From: Felis catus
Taxonomy: Eukaryota
Direction of reading: 5' to 3'
Assembly (NCBI RefSeq): GCF_018350175.1
Contig: NC_058374.1
Span: forward strand, 48,608,001-48,672,000
Length of the DNA: 64,000 nt
The position numbers were made by a program, and so were the translations under genes. The notes below the pieces were generated by a model. The model was not told the DNA's origin and did no database searches. It saw nothing but the letters and a program-made list of their open reading frames with translations. This document shows, one piece after another, positions 53,556 to 64,000 of this stretch. Every line of letters starts with the position of its first letter. Positions within the stretch are counted from its first letter, which is position 1.

Positions 53556-53741
53556 CTCAGAACTCCCAGAGGGTGTCTGCAAGGCAGAGAACAGCATCAG
53601 GAGAGGAAGCTGCTTTGGAAGGAGCCAGATTCTCAGCACAGGGGCTGTAGGAGTAGTTGGGAAAAGAGTCCTCCTGCATCTGTTGGTCAATGGATGGTAT
53701 TTGTTTGTGTTAAAAGTACTTCTTTGCTCTTGCGGCTTCAT
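53556..53741 (-). CDS. ART4: ART4 exon 1 (signal peptide); start codon uncertain, first in-frame ATG at 53741
   Basis: PLTNRCRRTLFPTT...LRIWLLPKQLPLLMLFSALQTPSGSSE|gtaggg matches the ART4 N-terminus; phase-0 junction to exon 2. Confidence 0.8.
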
Positions 53742-53939
53742 CCTGAAACGAGTGTTCAGTGTTCTCCTTTGGGAACCTTCCTTGTTCACATCTTGTTGAT
53801 GACTACCAGCCAGCAGTTTTCTGAGGGAAGAGATCAACTCCAACTTACTTGCAGAGCTGATATTTCTGTGAAGTAGCCAGATCTGTGCACCAAAAAAGGG
53901 ATTCTAAAGTGAACTTGTTACGTTTCCCATAAAAAAAAA

Positions 53940-54215
53940 ATCCCTTATCTAGTCTGTGTGGGGGGAATTCCAAAGGCCTGTTAAAGGTCAGGCTCAGCAA
54001 CTCAACCTTAACTTTCTCAGGAAGACAGGAAAAGGCACAAGCTGTACAGCGTCCGGGGCCAAGCGACATTATCTTGAGCTGCAGGGTTTCATCACGAGTG
54101 ATATGATTGGCTCCCACAGGTTGCTGGAAAGATGCCACCTCAAGGTGGGTCTATGTCAGGTACATTTGGTGCCGCTGATAGGCCGCCCCTGCCCAGAAGG
54201 GGCTGATAAGAAGCA
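53940..54215. promoter_or_regulatory. ART4: ART4 promoter, GATA/KLF motif cluster
   Basis: WGATAR at 53945, 54069, 54176, 54204; GC box ccgcccctgccc at about 54183. Confidence 0.55.
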
Positions 54216-54641
54216 GCACACCTTTTAGGGTTACTGTCAAAAAGAAGGCTCTCATTGCTGCTTTCCCACGATAGCCTTGAAACTCTCTAATCCAGAAACT
54301 ATTCCTGTTGGGGTCACAGCTCTTCTGTTTTCTCTTCTGAAGGCATCAGATCCTCTATCCACACTATTTCAGTATAGTGAATCCTACTGACTACTGTCAG
54401 AAGACAGCCTCTGAACAGCTGACATCAATCAAAAGCAGGGTCCAGTGTGCTAAGTTAATGCAGCACAAGTGTTCTGTTAGACACTCTCAGGCACTTCCCT
54501 CTCTAGTTTGAACATCTTTCATCTGTTCCCAATCATTGGGATAATTGTTTTTCTTGCAAATCTTTCCCATTAACACTTCCCATTTCACTATTTAACTGTG
54601 AAGAGAGACTAAATCTTGTTCTTAGAAATTCTGGTATTTTT

Positions 54642-54853
54642 GGGGGTGACTGTGTGACCCAGTCTGTTAAGTGTCTGACTTTGGATCAGGTTATGATCTC
54701 ACAGTTCATGAGTTTGAGCCCCACATTGGGCTCTGTGCTGACAGCTCAGAGTCTGGAACCTGCTTTGGATTCTGTGTCTCCCTTTCTCTCTGCCCTTCTC
54801 CCACGCACGCTCTGTCTCTCTCTCTCTCTCAAAAATAAATAAACATTAAAAAA
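54642..54853 (+). mobile_element. CanSINE
   Basis: SINE body; TSD-like gaaattctggtatt / gaaattatggtatt. Confidence 0.9.
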
Positions 54854-55047
54854 CCCATGAAATTATGGTATTCTTTTCAGCATCCTAAAATAGTTTGTAA
54901 TCTAAATTTTCTGATGATCACAGCAGTTCTGTCTCATGACAGAAGTTCAGAGTATTCACACAAGTATAAAAGGGGATACAAAATTACGCATAACCTATCA
55001 CCTGGATAAGGGTACTATTTAGATTTAGATTTTGGTATTACACAATA

Positions 55048-55073
55048 CACACACACACACACACACACACACA
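55048..55073 (+). repeat. (CA)n microsatellite
   Basis: Read directly. Confidence 0.95.
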
Positions 55074-55759
55074 TTTAGGACTGAATTAATATAGTATGCG
55101 ATTTTCATACTCTTTTTTCCCTTAACATTTTTAATGTAAGCACATCTCCCTATAGTTTAATAATTATTGAAAACATGACTTTTTTTTATAGCTGCACAGT
55201 ATTCCACCATAGGTGCTACAATGCAATGAAATATGGAATGGATCCATGCATCCATCTCAGAAACAGACTGATCAATGAATAGAACATAATAGTACCTCCC
55301 TTATTCAACGCTTTGACCTGTTTTTAATTCTTACAACAGCTTCTGGCCCTGAGAAATCAATCAATCAATTAAATAAACAAATAAAAACAATTATCATTAT
55401 TTGTGCCAAGGTTTATTGAATAAATATCTTACATTTAGCTTGCTTTCAACTTTGTGCTATTATAAGCAATGATTTGTGAGCCTGTTTGGGACATAAATCT
55501 TTGTGTGTTTCTCGCAACTTTAAGATGCAAATCTGGAGATGTGACCACAGATCGTTGAAATGCATATTTTTTGGACTTAAAGGAAAACATGATAAAATAA
55601 ATATCCCTTTTAAATTCTTAAGACTTTTAAATTCTTAAGATTCCTCATTATCAACCATCAATTTGGGAGACTGAGGTGTGGTGAAGAGCACTAGAGTCTG
55701 AAAACTTGAACTATGGGCTTAATTCTACAGCTTGCTGGCTGGATCAAGAAGAATAAACA

Positions 55760-55999
55760 GGCTGGCTTAGTGGGTTAAGCGTCAGGATCTTGATTCTGGC
55801 TCAGGTCATAATTTCCAGGTTCATGAGATCAAGCACCGCATTGGGCTCTGCACTGACAGGCTCTGTGCTGACAGCGTAGAGCCTGTTTGGGATTCTCTTT
55901 CTTCATCTCTCTCTGCCCCTGCTCCCCACCCCCCAAATAAATAAACAAAAAGAAGAAGAAGAAGAAGAAGAAGAAGAAGAAGAAGAAGAAGAAGAAGAA
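55760..55999 (+). mobile_element. CanSINE with (GAA)n-expanded tail
   Basis: SINE body followed by about 16 GAA units (55950-55999). Confidence 0.88.
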
Positions 56000-56619
56000 A
56001 CAGCAAGTTGTGCTGAGCTTCAGTTTCCTAACCTTACAGGGTTGTCAAAAGTAAGTAACAGTTACCTTTTATTGGGAGTGTACTGTTTCAAGACCCTTTT
56101 TTTAGTATCTCAACCTACAAGACCACTGTGAGGAGATAGTTTAACTTCCATGTCACAGGTGCATTTCCTGAGGCTGTGTGAGGTTAAAGAGACTGTCAGT
56201 GATCACAGGTTCATTCCTCTCCTCCCATTGGCTCCCTGTCTCCAAAAACTCTAAAGGAGTCTGTCATTTTATTTCTATTGTCTGTAAACATTTGCTAGTT
56301 TTCCTTAAGTGTGACTTCCACTTCCAGAATAATACCACTAGGGGGAAGCAGGAAACCTTGTAACCTTTTTATACAGCTCCTTTGTCCAGAATTTAAAGGA
56401 GCTGGAAGAGAGAGACAGAGACAGAGCAGAGAGTGGGTCTAAGAACAGTAGTGAGAAGTTGAGACTATTGTCGTTGAGCTGATTAAAGAGAGAGGGAGGC
56501 AGGGATGGAGGAAAGGAAGAGAGAACTCTGACAATAAAATGGAATAGGGAAAGACAAGAGGTCTGATGTGTGTGTGTGTACGTTTTTGGATTAAAATGAA
56601 AACAATATTTTCTGATAAT

Positions 56620-56639
56620 GTTTTTTAAAAAATATTTAT

Positions 56640-56684
<45 letters not shown>

Positions 56685-57460
56685 GAGGGAGGGACAGAGA
56701 AAGAGGGAGAGAGAATCCCAAGCAGGCTCTGTGCTGTCAGTTCAGAGTCCAATGAGGGGCTTGATCTCATGGACCATTGTTGCAGGATTCTTTACCTCAA
56801 TACCCCGGGGTTCGTTGTCTCCCTGGCTTGAAGAAAAGAAGTAGAATGTAAAAATGTGAGAAGTGAAAATGTGCAGCAGGCAAAAGTTTATTACAGTGTA
56901 AGATTAGAAAGTAAGAATAGTATGAAAGCTCTCTTTGCAGAGAAGGAGCATGTGAAAATGAATGCCCCCGACTATAGGCAAGGCTCTTTGCTTTAGAAGG
57001 TTCCGGTCAGTCCCCCCATACTTTCCCCCTTGTTTCTTCTCAGTTTTCATCCTTATTGGCTTGATAACTCTAGGTGCTGGGTTGTCCATTCCTGGTTGGT
57101 TCGATTCCATTGTGTTAGGAGTCCGACTATGGTCATACTATCCCTTGTATAACATAAGTTTTATGTTTACTTCTTTTAGTTAGGTATTTTGACTGTCAAA
57201 TTCCTGAGGAGAACCTGAGGGGGAGGAGGTGGTATCTGTTAACATTCTTAAGAAGAACCTTAGGCCCGAGGGAGCTTTCTGTGGTCAGATGCTCCCAGCA
57301 TTGTTCCAAAATATGTGTTGTTTTTCACCCTGGGACCTCAGGTTCTAACCTTTCCCTCCCTGCCTATTTTATCCTACCTTTCCCTTATCATACCCAGAGA
57401 TCATGACCTGAGCCGAAACCAGGAGTCAGATGCTTAACCGACTGAGCCACCCAGGCGCCC
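56620..57460 (-). mobile_element. CanSINE split by an LTR insertion
   Basis: SINE 3' part 56620-56777 and 5' part about 57395-57460 are colinear. Confidence 0.85.
56778..57390 (-). mobile_element. Solo ERV LTR (ERV1-like)
   Basis: TG...CA termini (tgttgcagg / cccttatca), minus-strand AATAAA at about 56887 and CCAAT at about 57055. Confidence 0.7.
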
Positions 57461-58131
57461 CTTTCTGACAATATGTAGAGTCATTAAAAAAATCATCTTT
57501 TGCCTTGGGGCTATTTTATGAAAGTTCCCATGTGATAATTTAATATTAGTTCATTTAGAGCTGGGAGTTCACTCCATTATCATTTTCTTGATACCCAGTT
57601 CCTCAAAATGCAATCTATCTCTGCTGTCTTGATGGGTAAAAGGGACGTGGGCTTTGAAATCGCACAGAACTGTGTTGGTATTTTGCCTTTATGTCTTCCT
57701 TCTTTTTGTGAATTTGAACAAGTTATGTTGGTTCTCAGTCTCATTTTCTTCACATGTAAAACTGGAGGTGGTATCACTCTTATAGGGCTGTGATGGCAGT
57801 GAAATTGAGATACTCTATAAAATATCATGGAATGGATCCATGAACCATACTGTCTTGGAAGCAGATTGATTAGTGAATAGAGAGGCACTTTGGTTCAATT
57901 CCTAGTTCTATTATGACCTTAATGTCTGACCACGGGCACAGTATTTTACCTCTCTGCTCCTCAGTTTCCTGTTTCTTAGTGCCACTGACACCAGCTTCTC
58001 AAGGCATGTGGGCTCAGCTTACACTCTACTCAGATTTGTGAAGACCACCAACTCACAGGGTGTCCAACAAAGTGAAAGTTAATTTTTATTATTTTTTTCC
58101 CAAATAAACAACTGTTTAAGAAAAGGTTTTC

Positions 58132-58146
58132 AAAAAAAAAAAAGAA

Positions 58147-58186
<40 letters not shown>

Positions 58187-58189
58187 AAA
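58132..58189 (+). repeat. (AAAG)n microsatellite
   Basis: Read directly. Confidence 0.95.
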
Positions 58190-58770
58190 GGTTTTCTAGA
58201 ATAAATTCTAAACATTCTAGACTAGTTTTGTAAAGCTACTAAAGCTACTTTTGGAGCATAGGTTGAAGTAGTCCTAGAGGGTCTTGTCCCAGGGGAACTG
58301 TGTCCTTTGCCACCAACCTAAAGGTTTTGTAATGGCCCTGAGTACTTCCTGTTTGGATCTTAGTAAACTCCTTTGGACCCGTGTCAATTTAAGGCCAGAA
58401 ATCCTTGCCATCTGCCAGAAATCCTTTGTTATCCAAAGGAAGGTAGTTTGATGCAGACCCCCAAATTTGGTAATTTGGGATGGTTTTAACATCTTGTTAG
58501 TTCTCTTTTACCCTCAATACCCTTACAGAAGTGAGCAAAACTTCCTTAATCATTTCATATTTTTATAACTTTTATTTAGATAAAGATTTTAACTCACAGA
58601 AACATTTCAAGTCTGCACAAGGAACATGCATATGTCCAAGGAATTCCCCCATACCCTATCCATAATAGATAGCACACATGTTTAGATTTCTAGATTTTCC
58701 CCCACTTGCTCTATCATTCTCTTACTTTTTTTTTAAACCACCTGAGAATTAATCATAGACATCATCCCCC

Positions 58771-59125
58771 TGTGAAAAGATAAACTGAGGCATATTAAAA
58801 ATGTTAAGAACTTATTTGTGCAAAAATAGATTCAAATCAGGCAGCACCAGACCAGAAGTGATTAGGAGAGCTCCACCAATAGGGTCCAGAGGCAAGATTT
58901 TTATGGAGAAAGGCGGAAGCAAAGCAAGGACATTATTTGATTGGCTGTAGTGTAAGCATTTGCCTCATTTGGGAAAGCTTAGTTGGCTGTTTGTGATTGG
59001 TTGTCTTTAGGTTCTGCTTTCTTAACCTTGAGGTCTTTACATGCTTAGGTTTTGGTTTGCTTACATAGGCTATTAAGGTACTAGAACCTTCTCAGTCAAA
59101 TGACTTCCTTGTTTAACTAATGTAC
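58771..59125 (-). mobile_element. Solo ERV LTR
   Basis: tgtgaaaagataaactgaggcatattaaaa start; ttttat (TATA-like on minus) and two gattgg CCAAT boxes. Confidence 0.65.
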
Positions 59126-59202
59126 TTCACGCTTAAATACCTCAGAATTTATTTTCTAAAGACAAAGATTTTTTTTTTACATAACCACAATACAATTACC
59201 AA

Positions 59203-59905
59203 TGATGATGTTTTTTTGGGGTGATAGTGGGGTTCGTGGGGTCCAGAGCCAATGACCAAGAAAGAATTCTTAAAGACGTCTTTGTTGCAAAAAGGTGATT
59301 TATTGAAGCACGGGGACAGGACCTGTGGCCAAGAAGAGCTACTCTGGACCACAGGAGAGACTGGTTATACACTATGGGGTCGGGGGAAGTAAAGTCGAGG
59401 GGAAGTTTCCTGTGAGATTTTCATATGCTAAGATTACAGGATCCTGGAGGCCTAGCTATTGTCAAGCTAAGGTTGTTTTTCCCTCTAGCAAAGCATTGAC
59501 ATTAAGATAATAAGGAGTTTCTGGAGAAACTTTGCTCTGCCAGCCTCCAGTATTGGTCAAAGGGCTGCAGGTTATAAGGAAATTGGGTTCTATCTGCCAT
59601 TTCCTTCTGCCTTTGTTTCTCACATCACTATGAAGGGGTGATGCTGGGGCTCCAGGAAACGGAGTCTGTTGGTTTCTGGAGATTAGGCTATTGATAAGAT
59701 TGCCTTTTTCTTGTGATTTACTAAGATATTTGTCAATAGATGGAGACTCAAATCCTGCAGGACTATGATCTCTATTGGTTATCCCTTTGTTTTTCTCCTT
59801 TCCTTCATTCTTGGGCAGCCAGGAGTGCCCAAGGAATATCACAAGTATGGCACCTGGGGGATGGGGGAGCGTTTGCGGCCTGTCAGCTTGGCTTATGCTC
59901 CCTTA
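59203..59905 (-). mobile_element. Carnivore ERV1-type solo LTR
   Basis: gaccaagaaagaattcttaaagacgtctttg...ggggacaggacc; TSD accaa (59198-59202, 59906-59910); minus-strand AATAAA 59299-59304. Confidence 0.8.
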
Positions 59906-60431
59906 ACCAATATCAAGAAATTTAACATTTATACAATACTATTATCTTACACATAGTCCAGAAATGATTTCATCAACTCTTCCTATAATTTCCTTTCTGG
60001 CTATTTTCCAGGATCACCCTTTGCATTTAGTTGTCAAGTTTCTTTAGTATCTTTAAACTGAAACATTTTCCTCAGTATTTATATTGCTTTTTGACCTTGA
60101 CGTTTTTGAAAATTATAGGCCAGTTATTCTGTAGATGTCTCTCATTTGGGGCTTCTCTATTATTTCCTGATGATTAGTTTCAGGTCATAGAGTTTTGGCA
60201 GGGAAATCACAGAAAAGATGTGCTATCCCAGGAGGCACTTGCATCCATTAGTTCAATGTATTTGTAATAATAGTTGTTAGATCAATAGCTTCATTATGAA
60301 GCATATTGTCTAACCTTTCTTATTTCCACTTTTTTTTTAAGTATAGGACCTTAGTGTTGGGAATCGTCTTCTACCCACGGTGAATTTCCCCCTCAACATT
60401 CTTACAGAATAACTTCTGTTGTGTGTGTTCT

Positions 60432-60648
60432 TGTAATATTGAGATTTATAGCAAATAAATATTTGCTCTTGTCCATGGTTTGTGGCACACACACATGGTT
60501 TGTAATTTCTTAAGCACTAAGAGCTATAGGGACATCTTTTCCAGTTCCTCAAATAGCTCCAGAGCCAAAGGGTAAAATTGGTGTCTTTTGTTATTCCAAA
60601 CAATTCCACTGAGGTTATGTTAATGAAGTGGTGTTTTAAAGGCCCTAA
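60432..60648 (+). mobile_element. MER21-like LTR 5' part, cut by the L1 insertion
   Basis: tgtaatattgagatttata...gtgtcttttgttattc...tatgttaatga. Confidence 0.55.
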
Positions 60649-61204
60649 GGAGGTTCTAGTTCAAGATGGCCACTTTAGGAAGACTGAACTCACCTCCTTC
60701 GGGGAACACACCAAATTAAACTTATTAACAGAACAATTCCTCCTGAAGAACTGAGGGCTGACTAAACAGCTACTGAGCAACCAAAGATAGAGAGAATGGC
60801 ATTGGAACTGCAAGAGAGACAGAGACACAGTAACTAATGGAACCCCCGCCATTGAGGCTGCAAACATAGTGGGGAGGGATAGTACTGAGGTTCTGGGAAT
60901 AGATCCCTGGGTCCTTGAGCACAGGACAAAAACCATGGTTTAAAAGGGCAACTAGCATATAAAAGAGACAACGCTAGAACCCTGGCAAGTGGTGGAGGAG
61001 CTTTGGGAAACCTTTCCATGTCAGAGGGACATGGTTTACCTTTTCACCCACCTAGACCGAGACAGGGTCTGGACACCGAAACAGACAGGTGCGGTTGTCT
61101 CGGTGAGCCTGGGACTTAAGTGAGCCCCGGAGTCACAAGCCCACATCAGCGCTAGTCATGCTGGGGCACAGAAAAAGGAGCTGAGTTTTAAAAGGTCCCA
61201 GGAA

Positions 61205-61324
61205 GGGGCACCCGGGTGGCTCAGTCAGTTAAACTGTCTACTCTTGATCTCAGCTCAGGGTCATGAGTTCAAGCCCCCCATTAGACTCCATGCTGGGCGT
61301 GAACTGTACTTTAAAAAAAAAAAA
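61205..61324 (+). mobile_element. Short CanSINE (no CT tract) inside the L1 5' UTR
   Basis: ggggcacccgggtggctcagtcagttaa head and A-tail. Confidence 0.8.
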
Positions 61325-63437
61325 GGGCCAAGGAGATGTGGGAATGCTCTCCCCATGCCACCTTAAAATCCCACACTGGATCAGGGTCTGGACATCATAA
61401 GGTATGGGTTGGGATGGCATAATTGGTGGGTCCAGATGCCATAACTGGTCAGTTGGATTGGCACAGAAAGCTTATGACCTCAGCAAGTCCAGGGTCGACA
61501 AACCCCCACCAGCCCTAGCCATGCTGGGACACAGAACTGCAGGAACATTCTCTCCCCCTCCACTTTAAAAGAACAGACCGTAGGAAGGTCAGAATACCAT
61601 AAGGTAAAGTGTTCGTTGCCATAAAGGGCAGGTTCAGAATGCATCCTTGGAGGGTCCTGATGCCCCAATGAGCAGGTCTAGAAACCATAACTGGTGGATC
61701 CATTCATCACAGGGAACTTGTAACCTCAACAAGTGCAGGAACCTAAAGCCCACACTACCCCCCCCCCCCCATCACACTGAAGCACAGAAAAAAAAAAAGA
61801 CGAGGTTTAAAAGGTCTGAGAAACTGTGGGAAAGTTCTCTCCCCATCTACCTAAAAAGGCCAGACTAGAGCAGAGTCCAGCTCACAGAGAGGTTGTGACT
61901 TCAGCGAGACCAGGGTCCATAAGCCCACACCAGTCAACCTTTGGTGTTGGGGTATAGAAAACACGTCGTGATTTTGTGGATTTTTAAAATTTTTTAAATA
62001 TTTTTTTAATTCAACATATATATTTTTTATTTTAAAAATTTGTCTTGTTTTCTTTTTATTTTTTGGTTTTGTTATTTTCTTTCTGCTTTTTTCTTTTCTA
62101 TAATTTTTTCTTTTCTTTTCTTTTTTCTATTATTATTAATTATTATTATTATTTTCTTTATTCTTTCTGTAAAAAGTCATAGTTTAAAGGAGACTGCACA
62201 CTGAAAACCATAAAACATTGATGAAAGAAATTAAAGATGATACAAGCAAGTGGAAAGGTATCCCATGCTCATGAATTGGAAAAATTAATGTTGTCAAAAT
62301 GTCCATATTACTTAAAGCAATCTACAGATTCAGTGCAATCCCTATCAGAATATCAACAGCATTTTCCACAAAACTAGAACAAATAATACTAAAATTTTTA
62401 TGGAATCACAGAAGACCCCAAACAGCCAAAGCAATCTGGAGAAAGGAGAACAAAGCTGGAGGTATCACAATTATGGATTTCCAGATATACTACAAAGCTG
62501 CAGTAGTCAAAACAACAGATACTGGGGAAAAAAGACACATAGATTAATAGAACAGAATAGACACCCCAGAAACAAACCCACCTTTATATGGCCAATTAGC
62601 CTATGACAAAAGAGGCAAGAATATACGGTGGGGAAAAGACAATTTTTTCAATAAATGGTACTGGGAAAACCTGACAGCTACATTTGAAAGAATAAAACTA
62701 AACTACTTTCTAATATTATACACAAAAATAAACTCAAAGTGGATTGAAGACCCAACTATGATACCTGAAACCATAAAATTCCTCGAAGAAAACACAGACA
62801 GCAATTTCTCTGACATCAGCCGTCACAACATTTTTCTAGCTATATCTCCTAAGACAAGGGAAACAAAAACAAAAATAAACTATTGGGACTACATCAAAAT
62901 AAAAAGCTTTTGCACAGCAAAACAAAACAAAAGGATAGCCTACTAAATGGGAGAAGATATTTGAAAATGATATATCTGAAAAGGGGTTGATATCCAAAAT
63001 ATATAAAGAATTACATAGCTCAACACCAAAAAACAAAAAACAAAAACAAAAACAAAAAAACCCCAAATAATCCAAATAAAAATGGCCAGAGGACCTGAAT
63101 AGACATTTTTCCAAAGGATACATCCAGATGTCCAAGATACATGAAAAAATGCTCGGCCTCAGTGATCATCAGGGAAATGCAAATCAGAACCACAATGAGA
63201 TATCACCTCACACCTGTCAGAATAGCTAAAATCAAGAAGACAAGAAACAAGTGTTGGCAAGCATGTGGCGAAGAAAGAACCCTTTGTGCACTATTGGTCA
63301 GAATGTAAATTTTTACCGCCACTGTGGAAAATAGTATGGAGGTTCCTCAAAAAATTAAAAATAGAAATTCTATATGATCCAATAATTCCACTACTGGGTA
63401 TTTACCCAGGAAAAATGAAAACACTAACTTGAAAAAA

Positions 63438-63587
63438 NNNNNNNNNNNNNNNNNNNNNNNNNNNNNNNNNNNNNNNNNNNNNNNNNNNNNNNNNNNNNNN
63501 NNNNNNNNNNNNNNNNNNNNNNNNNNNNNNNNNNNNNNNNNNNNNNNNNNNNNNNNNNNNNNNNNNNNNNNNNNNNNNNNNNNNNNN
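63438..63587. other. Assembly gap (150 N) within L1
   Basis: N run. Confidence 1.
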
Positions 63588-64000
63588 CATTTGAGACAAC
63601 AGGGATGAACTAGAAGGTATTGTGCTAAGTGAAATGAGTCAGACTGAGAAAGACAAATATTATATGACTCCACTCATAAATGGAGTCTTAAAAAATAAGT
63701 GAAAGCAAAATCAGAACTATAAATACAGAGAACAAACTGATGGTTGCCAGAGGAGAGGGGATAGGGAGGTGGGCAAAATGGGTGAAGGAGAGAGGGAGAT
63801 ACAGGTCTCTGGTTATGGAATGAGTAAGTCACAAGAATAAAAAGCAGGGCATAAGGAATACAGTTAATGATATTGTAAAAGCAGTGTAATAGCACAGATA
63901 GTAGCTATACTAGTGGTGAACATAATATAATGTAATAACTTGTCAGATCATTAAGTTGTACATTTGAAACTAGTATAACATTGTGTGTCAACTATACTCA

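Larger units (their letters stand above)
58560..60240 (-). mobile_element. Old L1M 3' UTR fragment hosting two LTR insertions
   Basis: ataaccacaatacaatt...atcaagaaatttaacatt...; gcatttagttgtcaagtttctttag. Confidence 0.6.
60649..64000 (+). mobile_element. L1 element: 5' UTR joined directly to the 3' part of ORF2 and the 3' UTR (internally deleted, degenerate)
   Basis: YY1 site CAAGATGGCC 60662-60671; ORF2 remnants ([26 protein letters not shown]) from about 62190; L1MA/Carn-type 3' UTR. Confidence 0.85.

Noticed and set aside
43422-53741. ART4 as an active toxin-like ADP-ribosyltransferase forming an A-B system with SMCO3/C12orf60
   Set aside because: ART4 lacks the R-S-EXE catalytic signature (EVHHE / STS / KKE), is GPI-anchored and extracellular, and adjacency in a mammalian genome is not evidence of shared function
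55609-55640. Short tandem duplications (also about 15249, 17180, 36230)
   Set aside because: Ordinary slippage events with no functional context
62299-62946. L1 ORF2 fragments as an active retrotransposon or domesticated gene
   Set aside because: Multiple stops and frameshifts; ORF1, endonuclease and most of RT absent

Overview
Mammalian (felid) genomic DNA, identified by abundant cat-type CanSINEs and carnivore L1/LTR elements. It is the locus syntenic to human 12p12.3. Four protein-coding genes are present. WBP11 (- strand, 12 exons, CDS 18983->5645) has exon sizes summing to 641 aa once exon 4 and most of exon 5, hidden in N-gaps, are filled with their expected sizes. WBP11 shares a CpG-island bidirectional promoter (~20.6-21.4 kb) with C12orf60 (+ strand, single coding exon 36478-37212). 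SMCO3 (- strand, single coding exon 23447-24124) is nested antisense in the C12orf60 intron. ART4/Dombrock (- strand, 3 coding exons, 53741->43422) converges on C12orf60. The remainder is SINE, L1, MIR, L2, DNA-transposon and LTR sequence plus four N-gaps. Main observations: (1) SMCO3 and C12orf60 align without gaps over 70 residues, so they look like an inverted paralogue pair, one with a long hydrophobic segment and one soluble; (2) a candidate 82-nt poison exon in WBP11 intron 10; (3) ART4 lacks both human-equivalent start codons and has a consensus competing splice donor that would add a stop; (4) gaps falling on WBP11 exons hint at a near-identical retrocopy elsewhere; (5) three co-oriented solo LTRs and an internally deleted L1 lie upstream of ART4. 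Gene and repeat-family names come from recognition and recall, not database searches.
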